Positions 29,831 through 39,986 of a stretch of 64,000 bases of DNA are shown here, in pieces. The stretch is from IMG/VR virus record IMGVR_UViG_3300042482_000679. One strand, 5' to 3'. The DNA comes from a virus. A program made the position numbers and the translations under genes. Position 1 is the stretch's first letter. Every line of letters starts with the position of its first letter. The notes below the pieces were generated by a model. The model was not told where the DNA came from and made no database searches. It was given only the letters and a program-made list of their open reading frames with translations.

Positions 29831-31339
29831 TTACATCTTCGCCATCAAATCTTTAATTCTTAAGAATTGTGGATTTTCGTATGTCTTAGATTCAATTAGA
29901 CTTGTTGAAGAGCCTGAGCTCATTTGGTTGTTAAGTTTAGTTTCAACACTTTCGTTGATACTCTTACCCTCAACTTTACTCAATTCATCTTTAACAGTCT
30001 TGTAGAGTTGTTTTGATTCTTTTAGTGATTCAACAGAATCAAATCTTCTCAAGATATTTATTTTTTCTTTCTTGGTAGTAGAATGTTCCGTGAACAATCT
30101 TGTAGCGTAAGCTAGGTTAGAATTAAAAACCGCAACTTCATTAAGTTTTTCTCTGAAAACATTCAATGCTTTTCTATACTCTTCGTTTTTCTCTCTAAGT
30201 ACATTCATTTCAGTTTCAACAGATTCATAAGTATAGTTACGATTGTTTGTAATTCCTTTTCTTAAACCTCTACCTTCTTTTGAACCCATACCATAAGTTC
30301 TAGCAGCTTCTTTGGTTTCTTCTTTTTTCTTACGAGTTTCGAAGTGAGCATCATCTCTACGAGACTTAGTTGACTTAAGGTCTTTCTTAGCAATTTTACC
30401 GTGCTTCATACCTTCTCTTTCGTCTTCCTTGTCATCGTATCCTTGACCCTCTTTAAACTCAAATTTTGCTTTACCAGTACCCATAGTTTTAGGTCCTTCT
30501 TTCTTGTCGTCAGAGAATCCTTTTTTAGGTAATGAACTACCGTATTTAAATTTAGGATTTCCCATTCCAACGCCTTTAGGTTTAACAGTCATTTTAGCTT
30601 CCTCAAGGTTGTAACCTTCATTGTCTTCATCTTCTTCATACATTTCAGACATATCCATATCGTCCATTTCAGACATATCCATATCTTCTTCATCCATAAC
30701 AATTTCATAGACTACTTCATCTTCTTCATCTACTTCTTCTTGTTCGTTATAAAGTGCGTCTAAAACTGCATCCAAATCAGAATCTTCAACATCCTGTTCC
30801 ATCATTTCATCTTCTTCACCAATTCCGTCAAATCCGAAATAATCTTCTTCTTCATCGTATTGTTCGTCAAGTTCTTCGTCTTCTTCTTGTTCATTCATTT
30901 TAACAAGATACTCAACGTCATCACCGCTGTCTTTGATTGAGATTTCATCACCGTCTTTTTGAACAATGATTCCATCCTCATCAGACATACGTTTAAAGAT
31001 TGTTAAGATGTCTTCTGCTGAAGCGTTAGTAAGGTCAATAGTTTCTTCGTCATCTTCAAACTCCATTTCGTCTTCGTCACCGAATTCCATTTCGTCTTCA
31101 GATTCTTCAGAATCCATATCCTCAAGGTTATCAGCTTCATCTTCCACTTCATCAGTGTCAAACTCCGCATCTAATTCAATCTCCTCATCTTCTTGCTCGT
31201 TGAGAGATTCTTTTACTAACTGACTGATTTCTTCCTTCATAGTTGAAGCAAGTATTCCTTTTGCGTTTTCGGCTATAACGTCTTCGACGTTTTTCATTTG
31301 AATTAAAGCCTCTTGAACCAAATTTTTATTTTCGGACAT
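29831..31339 (-). CDS. Prohead core/scaffolding protein (gp22-like)
   Basis: Very acidic, coiled-coil C-terminus, many L/I-x-E sites, located between protease and capsid genes. Confidence 0.75.
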   Translation of the reverse strand: MSENKNLVQEALIQMKNVEDVIAENAKGILASTMKEEISQLVKESLNEQEDEEIELDAEFDTDEVEDEADNLEDMDSEESEDEMEFGDEDEMEFEDDEETIDLTNASAEDILTIFKRMSDEDGIIVQKDGDEISIKDSGDDVEYLVKMNEQEEDEELDEQYDEEEDYFGFDGIGEEDEMMEQDVEDSDLDAVLDALYNEQEEVDEEDEVVYEIVMDEEDMDMSEMDDMDMSEMYEEDEDNEGYNLEEAKMTVKPKGVGMGNPKFKYGSSLPKKGFSDDKKEGPKTMGTGKAKFEFKEGQGYDDKEDEREGMKHGKIAKKDLKSTKSRRDDAHFETRKKKEETKEAARTYGMGSKEGRGLRKGITNNRNYTYESVETEMNVLREKNEEYRKALNVFREKLNEVAVFNSNLAYATRLFTEHSTTKKEKINILRRFDSVESLKESKQLYKTVKDELSKVEGKSINESVETKLNNQMSSGSSTSLIESKTYENPQFLRIKDLMAKM

Positions 31340-31410
31340 ATATTTTTTTACTATAAATACTGCAATAAAACAAAAAATTTAATTTTTGTCCCATTAAAGA
31401 ATTTAAAGCA

Positions 31411-31448
31411 AAAAAAAAGTGGTCGATTTGACCACTTTATTTTTTTTT
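31411..31448. terminator. Intrinsic terminator, potentially bidirectional
   Basis: AAAGTGGTC-GATTT-GACCACTTT with A- and T-tracts on the flanks. Confidence 0.8.
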
Positions 31449-31452
31449 GTTT

Positions 31453-31662
31453 TTAATCTATTACTTCGTCTATTTTACTTTCAGATACTGAAACGATTCT
31501 CCAATCGTGTTGAAAGCCTTGGTATTTCCCTGTTACTTTAGCTTCGACATCTGTAACTGAAAATCCCCTCACTAATTTCTCTTCTCTAATTTTTTTAATT
31601 CTTCCTGAGTTTTCATCGGGGAGTTCATAAACGATTTTTGCAACAAAATATTTTTCATCCAT
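31453..31662 (-). CDS. Hypothetical protein (DUF4494-like)
   Basis: 69 aa; YF.AKI.Y....E.G..KK..E..LV...S.T..EA pattern. Confidence 0.6.
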   Translation of the reverse strand: MDEKYFVAKIVYELPDENSGRIKKIREEKLVRGFSVTDVEAKVTGKYQGFQHDWRIVSVSESKIDEVID

Positions 31663-31675
31663 AATTGTAAGTTTT

Positions 31676-32389
31676 TTATCTTGTTAAATAATCGTTTAAT
31701 TTTTTCATTAAGTCAACAGACTTACCCAAAGAATCTGAGTCTTTCATCTTTCTTTCTTCTTCTAAGTTTTCTTCGTAGTTATTTCTATCTTCAGGATTAC
31801 TGAATAAGTAAGCACCTGGTGTAGATGGTGAAGATACCAAGTCAAAACAAATTAATTCAAAATCGTCTTGAACTTCATTTTGTTCACCAACTTTTTTAAG
31901 AGAGCCGACACCACGAGATGAAACACCCATAGTAACACCTTGTCTCATTAGATTGGCAGCAATATCTCCTTTTGTAGATACGATACCTCTTTCGTGGAAA
32001 CCTGGTGATGTCAATAATTTTAGCTTACCCATCAAAATATTATTGTCCCACCATATATCAGTAATAATATGCGCAACTCTATCTAAATCGATAAGTGATG
32101 ATTCAGGGTGATTTAATTCAGATGTTGATAAACCTTTCTTAATTGCTGTCTTATATCTCTCAGCTTCTCTTTTTAAAATCCTTTCAGGATAAACTCTACC
32201 ATTTCTATTTGGTACACCATATTTTTGTAAAACGGCGTAAAACTCAAAAGGATTTCTATAATCAAGTTCTTTTTGTTCCCTCATTATAGCTTCATTGAGA
32301 CGGTCAGTTGGGGAGATATATCCCGCATCCATTTCAATAAGAATTCCTTTTCCTGTTTGGCCTGCTCCAAGTACTGAATAATTTTTCAT
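31676..32389 (-). CDS. Prohead core protease (T4 gp21-like)
   Basis: NRNGRVYP, ELNHP, GVSSRGVGS, DLVSSPSTPGA. Confidence 0.95.
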   Translation of the reverse strand: MKNYSVLGAGQTGKGILIEMDAGYISPTDRLNEAIMREQKELDYRNPFEFYAVLQKYGVPNRNGRVYPERILKREAERYKTAIKKGLSTSELNHPESSLIDLDRVAHIITDIWWDNNILMGKLKLLTSPGFHERGIVSTKGDIAANLMRQGVTMGVSSRGVGSLKKVGEQNEVQDDFELICFDLVSSPSTPGAYLFSNPEDRNNYEENLEEERKMKDSDSLGKSVDLMKKLNDYLTR

Positions 32390-32414
32390 CTATTCTTTTT
32401 CAAATAAATATACA

Positions 32415-32876
32415 TTAATAGATTGTTTGGAGTAAATCTGAGTTTTTGGTGGAGGAAAAGTTAAAATGATTGTTGTTTAAAATGTTATCCTTATAGACTC
32501 TTTTAAGGATTTTTTTGACTGAATCTTTAATTTCATTACATTTGAAATCACCGTCTTGTTTGGTGAAAAGATTTATTTCAAGATTCATAAATGATTTTTT
32601 ATTGTATCTAATACCACTTGTTCGTAAGTCTAAATCTACAATAAAATGTTGTTTGAATAATTCTGTGTTTATTGAATGTAAAACTGAATGTTTTACCTCT
32701 CTTGACATAATGGACACTATCCTATTCCAATTATCATCTTCATTTATTGGGGTTACCCAAGTTTGAATATTCAAATAAATTGATTTTAGTTCTTTAGCGT
32801 CAACTGTCCCGTAAAAGCTTTTAATACTGTCGTATTGATTTAGAGTAATTGTTTTGCCCTTCTTCATTAAGGTCAA
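32415..32876 (-). CDS. Hypothetical protein
   Basis: 153 aa ORF in the head module (start may be 32867). Confidence 0.65.
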   Translation of the reverse strand: MTLMKKGKTITLNQYDSIKSFYGTVDAKELKSIYLNIQTWVTPINEDDNWNRIVSIMSREVKHSVLHSINTELFKQHFIVDLDLRTSGIRYNKKSFMNLEINLFTKQDGDFKCNEIKDSVKKILKRVYKDNILNNNHFNFSSTKNSDLLQTIY

Positions 32877-32948
32877 CTATTATTGTCTCGTTTATTTTTT
32901 TAAAATATACTAAAAAATTATCAACAAAACAAATATATTTAATATTGT

Positions 32949-33134
32949 ATGTTAATAGTAAAAGTAGACTCAAATATTGAAAAGGCACTAAAGACTTTGA
33001 AATCCAAAGTTATTAGAACAAAACAAATGCAAAGATTAGTTGAATTGAAAGAATTTAAAAAGAAATCTGTAGTTAAGAGAAGTCAGAAAGAATCTGCAAA
33101 ACACAAACAATATCTTAGGACTCTTGGTGAATAG
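32949..33134 (+). CDS. rpsU: 30S ribosomal protein bS21
   Basis: MLIVKV..NIEKALK.LK.K......L....EF.K.SVVKR pattern, 61 aa, basic. Confidence 0.88.
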   Translation: MLIVKVDSNIEKALKTLKSKVIRTKQMQRLVELKEFKKKSVVKRSQKESAKHKQYLRTLGE

Positions 33135-33822
33135 AATCCTTTAATTGTTTTAATCTGATATAATTCATTAAATCAAAATTTTCAGATTTAATCTTTTCAA
33201 TAGTTTCATTTAACTTAGTCTTCATATCTTTTTCAGATTCTTTTTCTGAAATGACAACTAGTCTCTCTATTGTAGATTCTTTAATTGTTTGGAATTCTTT
33301 TTCTAAATCATCTTTAGATGTTGCCATTAAATGAAAGACTTCTACTTTTGTAGATTCGTCTAATGTTTCCAAATATGATTGAACTGTTTGATTGGCAATA
33401 TTGACCATAGACTTTAATGGAATTTTTACAGTTTCACTCACGTTAGTTTTGTTCTTCATTAAAGTTTCTATGATACGTTTTTTGGACAATACTCTTTCAG
33501 ATAGATTTACGTTTTTGAAATAAACTAAATTATCCAAATCTGAATATACGTTTTCAGATACCCCAACCCCATTTGGTAACTGAGTTTTGGTAACCAAATG
33601 TCTAACAATCTCAATACCTTCATTTAAGAATAACTCAGCATCTTCTTTAGATAATCCTTGTGGTTTATAAAGGTCATCGTAGATAGAATATAATTTTGAA
33701 AATGATTTATTTTCAAGAATATTGTGTTTGAATTCTCTTAAAGTTTTTTTAAAGTCTGATTGGTTCTTGTAGGATTCTACAAGACTCTTTTCAATTGCCG
33801 ATTTTATTTGTCCAAATGTCAT
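33115..33822 (-). CDS. Hypothetical head-module protein
   Basis: 235 aa, downstream of portal, late motif at 33838-33845. Confidence 0.65.
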   Translation of the reverse strand: MTFGQIKSAIEKSLVESYKNQSDFKKTLREFKHNILENKSFSKLYSIYDDLYKPQGLSKEDAELFLNEGIEIVRHLVTKTQLPNGVGVSENVYSDLDNLVYFKNVNLSERVLSKKRIIETLMKNKTNVSETVKIPLKSMVNIANQTVQSYLETLDESTKVEVFHLMATSKDDLEKEFQTIKESTIERLVVISEKESEKDMKTKLNETIEKIKSENFDLMNYIRLKQLKDSIHQES

Positions 33823-33845
33823 TTTTAGGGGTTTTCATATAAATA

Positions 33846-35708
33846 TTACGAATTCAGCAACTTATCAAGTTCTTCACCCATTTTTCCTAAACTTTGTTGT
33901 CCAACACCTAAATCTAAAAATTTGTTACCATACATATCACTCTCTAAAAGGATATTCATATCTCTATCCATTTTGGATTCTGGCGCTAACTCTGGCGCGC
34001 CAGCTTCAGGTGCCGGTGGTGGAGGAACCTCTCCACCCGCTTCTGGCGCGGTCTCAAAACCACCGCCTCCACCTGCGAATATATCTTCACCTGGAGGTGG
34101 CGTTGTAGTCTCGCCTGCGGGTTCTTGACCTGTTGCTGGTAGATTACCTTGTTTGTTACCATAAAGTTTATCAATTGTATCAAAGATACCTGTTTTAGAA
34201 ATAACTGTTGGTGTATTTTTAAGCTCTTCACCCACAGCCTTTTCAAGTCTTTGTTGTAGTAGGTCAACTCTAATTTCTTCATCAGACCATTGGAATATAT
34301 GTTTTTTGGCCCAAGTTGATGAGGTTGGTTGAATACCATTTCCTGGGTCAGTAACCATATCTTTATACAATAACATTTTTTCTTTCCAAATGTCAATCTT
34401 AAGAAGGTCTGCTTGTGTTGATGGGTTTGTTAATCCCAATTCAAAATTAGATATCTCTTCTTCAAAACCTAAAAGGAACAAGTGAATAATTGCAATTTTA
34501 TTCATTTCTTGAACCATAGATTTTTGAATTCTATTAATGGTTCTTGCAAATCTGATATCCATCAGTGCCAAGCTTTTACCATCACCTACGGTTTCTTCAA
34601 ATCCTAAAAATGCTTTTGGTATACGAAGTGCTGTAACAAGTTTCTTTTGAATATATTCAATATCTGCAATTTCAGATAAGTTCTGTGCACCAGGTAATGT
34701 GTCAATTGGACTTGGCGCTGCAGGGTCTCTTACAGGAATAAAATAATCTTGGTCAACCGCCATTTGGTTAAATCTCATATCTACGTTACCTGTTTTAGAA
34801 TCAACAATTTGTTCTCTTTTAAACTTGTTGGCAACACGTTGTACGTAAGCCTCAACATCATCGTCGTTCATATTTCCGACATATACTTTGAAGACCCTAC
34901 GTTCAGGGGCTCTTGAAGTACGGTATATCAACATCGCGTCCTCCGATAATAGAAGTTGTTTCCAAATTCTACGGGACTTTTCCAACATAGATGTACCATA
35001 CGGCAATTTACGGTCATCACCCAATAATCTAAAGTGAGCAATTTCCCAAGGTTGGAATTCCATATTCTTTTCTTTCCAATAGAATTTCAATCCTTTATTT
35101 TTAGTGTAATCGTTACCTATGTTTGGAGATACTGAACCATCCATAAGTCCACTTTCAACCCTTTCAACTTCAATGTTTGGTAACTGAACACAACCAACAA
35201 CACCCTTTTCAGGGTCCAATCTTAGATAAACAAAATTGTCACCATACTTACAAGTGTTTCTAGTCCACATAGGTAAGTTAGTGTTAATATCTAAGTTATT
35301 ATTGAATAAATCCGCTAATACAGATTTAATCCTTTTTGATTCTGAATAAATCTGTAATACAAAACCATCTTCATTAGGTGTTGTAGATTCTTCAGCGTAA
35401 ATGTCTAAGGCTGCAGAAATTTCTGGAGTATACTCCATAGACTCATAGTCATAATAAGATGATAATCTATTTGGTTGGTAGTATACTGCTTGAGTGTATA
35501 AATTATTCTCTACCTTAGCAAATTGTCCTGCCAAGTAAGCGGTTTGTCTTGCTTGGAGTTTTTCCTTTTCATATTCGGCTTTATCGGTAGTTCTTAAAAG
35601 TTCTTTTTTATCAAACTTAAATACAGGAAAATCCTGATTCATTAACGCGTCAGGACCTAAGGCTCTACCTAATCTTTGCCAAACTGTAAATTGCTTATTT
35701 TCTGCCAT
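33846..35708 (-). CDS. Portal protein (T4 gp20-like)
   Basis: PEISAALDIYAEE, PYGTSMLE, EDAMLIYRTSRAPERRVF, DYFIPVR, LPGAQNL. Confidence 0.96.
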   Translation of the reverse strand: MAENKQFTVWQRLGRALGPDALMNQDFPVFKFDKKELLRTTDKAEYEKEKLQARQTAYLAGQFAKVENNLYTQAVYYQPNRLSSYYDYESMEYTPEISAALDIYAEESTTPNEDGFVLQIYSESKRIKSVLADLFNNNLDINTNLPMWTRNTCKYGDNFVYLRLDPEKGVVGCVQLPNIEVERVESGLMDGSVSPNIGNDYTKNKGLKFYWKEKNMEFQPWEIAHFRLLGDDRKLPYGTSMLEKSRRIWKQLLLSEDAMLIYRTSRAPERRVFKVYVGNMNDDDVEAYVQRVANKFKREQIVDSKTGNVDMRFNQMAVDQDYFIPVRDPAAPSPIDTLPGAQNLSEIADIEYIQKKLVTALRIPKAFLGFEETVGDGKSLALMDIRFARTINRIQKSMVQEMNKIAIIHLFLLGFEEEISNFELGLTNPSTQADLLKIDIWKEKMLLYKDMVTDPGNGIQPTSSTWAKKHIFQWSDEEIRVDLLQQRLEKAVGEELKNTPTVISKTGIFDTIDKLYGNKQGNLPATGQEPAGETTTPPPGEDIFAGGGGGFETAPEAGGEVPPPPAPEAGAPELAPESKMDRDMNILLESDMYGNKFLDLGVGQQSLGKMGEELDKLLNS

Positions 35709-35746
35709 ACTCTATAAAATTATTCAAACTAGTCTGAATATAAATA

Positions 35747-37513
35747 CTATCGAGAACCAAACAGCCATTTATATTTCTCATAATCATTTTTAGAGGGTTC
35801 ATAATTCCTACTATGTTGTTGTTGATTCGGAAATTGTGGTATTGACGGATTAAAATATTGTGAACTATCTTTATGTTCATTTACAGTTGTGGACCAAGAA
35901 TCAATCATTGCTTTAGTGTGATTAACCACCTTAGTCAATGAAGGGAACGCCGCTTCAGCAGCATACAACGCCATTGAAATTGACATAATACAATCATCGT
36001 GATGTCCTCTTTGGTGGTCAGGTCTACCATTTATGTATACAAATGTTCCCATTTCACCTAATAATCTACTTGACCTGACTTTAAAGTCGTGTCTAATTGC
36101 CTCCTCAAATGATGCAATGATTTGAACTCTTTTTGAATTAAAATTAATACCAGGTATTTTTTCATTTTGTTTAGGGTCATATTTCCATTTGTTGGTTAAG
36201 TCAACACCATCATAATAGAAATTTTTATACCCTAATTCTTGTAATCTTCTTGATGTCGCAACACCCATACCCCCCGTTAAGTCAACAATACATAAAGCAT
36301 TATACATTGTTCCCCACTTGTACGCAATCTCTGCTAATACATCGGGTGGTATTTTACCAACAAATTCTAAAACCTGTTCTCTTGAGTCAAAATCAATGAT
36401 TTCAATACACGAGAAGTCTTCTGAATCTCCCCTTGATACATCAACACCCATCACATATTTGTGATTATTTTCAGGTTCTTTCCATATCCAAAGTTGGTTA
36501 CCCATTAATTTGGCTGTTGGTTCTTTTACATCATTCTCAGAAATTTTTTGGGTTAATAAAGAATCAAATACGTTATCACCTGAACCCAAGAAATTACATT
36601 CCAATTCCTGAGCAACTTTTCGTTTGTCGTACTTGAGTTTTTTAACCATACTCTCAAACCAACTTGAACAAGGTTTATATCCTTGTTCCATATATGTTTG
36701 AATTAGTTCAATATCTCTGTCGTATGGATTTTCATCGGGTAATTGTCTTACAACGTCTTTGGGGTATTCTTCCTTATTTAACAAATAATGAACAATATCC
36801 TCACATTTAACCATATACAAATCTTTGGTATAACGAGGGTCACGGAACCAATACATTGGCGTGATTTTGAAGTCGTTCATACCTCTTTGTGCTTGGTCGT
36901 AAATTTCGTAGTAAATCGGGTCGTATCCGTTAGGTGTTGATATTACAACAACTTTACCACCCGTAGATAGTGAGGCCATACAAGCCGCCCAGAAATCACT
37001 GTCAGCTTCAATAAACGCCGCCTCGTCAAATATTAATATCGTGGGGGTATAACCACGTAAGGCATCTTTAGATGTGGCAACCGCCTTAACTTCACATCCA
37101 TTAGTTAATTTAAAGTGTCTGGCAGAGTTTTTTTCACCTGAGAACCCAATACCAACCCAGTTCGGCCATTGTTCCGTAAAAGCTCTAATTTTATTAGCAA
37201 ATTCTACAGATGTTTCTAATTTATTGGCAATAATAAGAATCTTTTCAGGTTTTTCTTTTCGAGCAAACGCTAATCGTTTACTTGCCCAACCTGCAGTAAC
37301 CGTAGATACACCCGCCTGACGATACTTCAATGCAATGTTTTCATTATACATTTCGTAATCGTTAACAAGTGTTACTTGGTCTTTAAATAATTCTAAGGGA
37401 ACATACTTTGATACTGTGTTATCGTATGTTTGTAGATATGTTTTAAGAGCATAAGGAGTGCTTTTCATACACTTCTTATACTCTATTAAAACTTGTTCTT
37501 TTGTTAAACTCAT
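35747..37513 (-). CDS. Terminase large subunit (T4 gp17-like)
   Basis: KYRQAGVST Walker A, IFDEAAF Walker B, ISTPNG, nuclease GVDVSRG and HDDCIM. Confidence 0.96.
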   Translation of the reverse strand: MSLTKEQVLIEYKKCMKSTPYALKTYLQTYDNTVSKYVPLELFKDQVTLVNDYEMYNENIALKYRQAGVSTVTAGWASKRLAFARKEKPEKILIIANKLETSVEFANKIRAFTEQWPNWVGIGFSGEKNSARHFKLTNGCEVKAVATSKDALRGYTPTILIFDEAAFIEADSDFWAACMASLSTGGKVVVISTPNGYDPIYYEIYDQAQRGMNDFKITPMYWFRDPRYTKDLYMVKCEDIVHYLLNKEEYPKDVVRQLPDENPYDRDIELIQTYMEQGYKPCSSWFESMVKKLKYDKRKVAQELECNFLGSGDNVFDSLLTQKISENDVKEPTAKLMGNQLWIWKEPENNHKYVMGVDVSRGDSEDFSCIEIIDFDSREQVLEFVGKIPPDVLAEIAYKWGTMYNALCIVDLTGGMGVATSRRLQELGYKNFYYDGVDLTNKWKYDPKQNEKIPGINFNSKRVQIIASFEEAIRHDFKVRSSRLLGEMGTFVYINGRPDHQRGHHDDCIMSISMALYAAEAAFPSLTKVVNHTKAMIDSWSTTVNEHKDSSQYFNPSIPQFPNQQQHSRNYEPSKNDYEKYKWLFGSR

Positions 37514-38817
37514 TATTTAGGACGGCTTAAGCCAAGTCCTGCTAAGAAATCATCAAAATCATCATCGTCATTGTCATCTGAACCACCATCTTCATTTTCA
37601 TCGTAACTTTCGTATTCTTCTTTTACTTTGAAGGCAGTGTTCATCAAATCACGGAATTTATCAGTGGCTTTCTTATTTCTGTCTTTATCCTCTGAAATTA
37701 CATCTCCAATAAGTCTAAGGAATTCGTCAGCAGGAAGTTTGTAAAGTTCCATTTGGAACCAGTTTATGATACCTTTATTCTCCTCCTCAAATACTTCATC
37801 AGGGAGTGAAAATCTTATCTTTTCAATAACTTGAGGACCAATTCTTAATGACCACGCCTCCATAGGAAGTGTATCAGTTTGACCCAAAACTTTTTCTCTC
37901 ATAACAGGGTCTTGTGGTAATCCATAACGACCTTTAGCTTCTTCAAGACCTTTTAAAATTTCGTGACAAAGGATTGGGAATAACATACCCCAAGCCGAGA
38001 TTGTAGTATCAGGTTTTTCTTCACCACCTTCATCTCCACCACCATCATCATCACTATTATCTTGTAATTCAACTTTTCCACCAACACCTTGTCCTGTTTG
38101 ACTCATCATTTCGATAGCTCTTTCATCTGTAAAGTAGTTAAAGTCATTTACAGACATAATTAACAAATATGCATCGTATAGTTGTGGGTTGATAGCGTTA
38201 AGTGCTCTTCTTACAGATGGTTTTTGGAAAATATAGTGACCTTTTTTAGCCGCCCCTTGAATAACAGCATTGATGATGTTTCTTTTGTGAGTTTCAAGTT
38301 CAAGTAATTCTTCATCAGTCATTACATCTGCATCGAAAGAAGACATTTCTAATTTTTGCTCAATTTCTTCTTCAACCTCATCATCAATTTCTTCGGCCTC
38401 CATACGGAAGTTATTCACATTGATTTGTTCACCTAAGTGTAAATCGAAGTTAAACCAATCCATTGGCATTTCAGACTCCTCAAGACACGCTTGTAGGGCT
38501 AAGTTTTTTAACTCATCAATATGTTGTTGTTCTATTCTCCAAACTTGAGGAACCATTCTAAATGACTCTGCTTGTAACATTTGAAATAAGTTACGTGGAG
38601 TTACCAAAGTATCTTTACCTGTAACTGTACGTAATTTATCAACAACTTGTTTAAAACGGTTAGTAACGAGTTTTTGAACGTCTTTTTCAGAACGTCTTAA
38701 TGCAGGATTTTTTGCATATGGACTTTCAGGGTCACCAAGTTTTCTTTCAAGACTTGGGTCCATTCTTTCAGGGTAATTCCCATAATCAATCTGTTCTTTA
38801 ATTCTCTTATTTGCCAT
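37513..38817 (-). CDS. Hypothetical protein
   Basis: 434 aa, stop codon overlaps the terminase start. Confidence 0.7.
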   Translation of the reverse strand: MANKRIKEQIDYGNYPERMDPSLERKLGDPESPYAKNPALRRSEKDVQKLVTNRFKQVVDKLRTVTGKDTLVTPRNLFQMLQAESFRMVPQVWRIEQQHIDELKNLALQACLEESEMPMDWFNFDLHLGEQINVNNFRMEAEEIDDEVEEEIEQKLEMSSFDADVMTDEELLELETHKRNIINAVIQGAAKKGHYIFQKPSVRRALNAINPQLYDAYLLIMSVNDFNYFTDERAIEMMSQTGQGVGGKVELQDNSDDDGGGDEGGEEKPDTTISAWGMLFPILCHEILKGLEEAKGRYGLPQDPVMREKVLGQTDTLPMEAWSLRIGPQVIEKIRFSLPDEVFEEENKGIINWFQMELYKLPADEFLRLIGDVISEDKDRNKKATDKFRDLMNTAFKVKEEYESYDENEDGGSDDNDDDDFDDFLAGLGLSRPK

Positions 38818-39604
38818 TTTTCAAAAGTTTCATAATTACTTGGATAACATCCTCTTTAGCTTTCTCTTTGTCAGATGCTTTAGGTGCAGGATTTTCACCC
38901 GGATTAGGGTTTTTTCCTGGGTGAGCAGGTCTTGTTCTTGGTTTTGTACCAGGTTTAACACCAGGTTTAACATCCGGTTTTGTAGGTGCGGTTGTTGGTT
39001 GTTCAGATAACATTTTCATAAAATCTCCTTTTGTCATTTTTGGTTGTAGATTTCTCTCCACCAAAGATACAATTTCTTTTTCAATTAAAGAAATGTAAGG
39101 GTCTTTTCCTTCTTTCAAAGATTGTTTTACATCTTTAACACACCTTTCATACTTGTTCTTTTGTTTTGCACTCCACTCACTTCTTTCAGTTGTTTTAAAT
39201 TGTTTCCCTAATTGTGATGTACAAATAGCCCAAGCGTTATCTTTTGTTTTTTTATTTCCTTCAGTCATTTGACTTTCGGTTGGCATTCCGTCGCCATAAT
39301 CATTATATCCGTCATCGGTAGATGGCCCTACTTGATGTGGGTCTTGAGTCCTTGCACCTTTTTCAAAATCCATAGGGTCCTCTTCGTCTTCAGTCATTTC
39401 AGTTTCAACTTTAACATTGATTCCTTGCGAGGTCATCTTTTTGATTTCTGTAGGGTCAGTACCCTTTTTAACAACAACAAGTCCCTGTTCAGATAACCCG
39501 AATTTTTTAAATAATGTAGTAATTTCAGATTCTTGTAAATTAAGAACTGTTTTAGGACTAAGTCCCATTTCAATTAACTTGAGAGCTTTTTTATTAGTTT
39601 TCAT
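38807..39604 (-). CDS. Hypothetical protein with Pro/Lys-rich C-terminal repeat
   Basis: ATG at 39604 preferred; TKPDVKPGVKPGTKP repeat. Confidence 0.65.
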   Translation of the reverse strand: MKTNKKALKLIEMGLSPKTVLNLQESEITTLFKKFGLSEQGLVVVKKGTDPTEIKKMTSQGINVKVETEMTEDEEDPMDFEKGARTQDPHQVGPSTDDGYNDYGDGMPTESQMTEGNKKTKDNAWAICTSQLGKQFKTTERSEWSAKQKNKYERCVKDVKQSLKEGKDPYISLIEKEIVSLVERNLQPKMTKGDFMKMLSEQPTTAPTKPDVKPGVKPGTKPRTRPAHPGKNPNPGENPAPKASDKEKAKEDVIQVIMKLLKNGK

Positions 39605-39986
39605 AAACAAATTCTTTTTCAAATGCAAGAATTAAATCTTTTTCATAAAGTTTATCTTTTACTGAAGTCTCTTCTTCACCAAAAGAAAAAACTAATCTTG
39701 TATCACCCAAATAATCTACTTCCCAAGCCAATGCAATTACTCCGTCAACTGAATCGTGCATTGAGAAATAATCTGAGTTTTGGATTAGTTCAAATTTTGT
39801 ATCAGTACCTTTAAGAACACCTACTTTTTTGATAAACTCTAAGTTTGGTGGAGAGGGATAACCATTTGCTGGTGAACTATCCCAAGAATCTCCCTCAACG
39901 TTTAAAGTATCAGAAAAAATAAACTCGTATAAATTATCACCTTTATAGTCAGGACCAAGTCCATTCACATAAATTAGATAACTCAT
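39594..39986 (-). CDS. Hypothetical protein
   Basis: 130 aa, overlaps neighbours. Confidence 0.65.
   Translation of the reverse strand: MSYLIYVNGLGPDYKGDNLYEFIFSDTLNVEGDSWDSSPANGYPSPPNLEFIKKVGVLKGTDTKFELIQNSDYFSMHDSVDGVIALAWEVDYLGDTRLVFSFGEEETSVKDKLYEKDLILAFEKEFVYEN

Noticed and set aside
27987-37513. Introns or inteins in capsid, portal or terminase genes
   Set aside because: Frames are continuous, lengths are ordinary, and no splice-junction or homing-endonuclease motifs were seen
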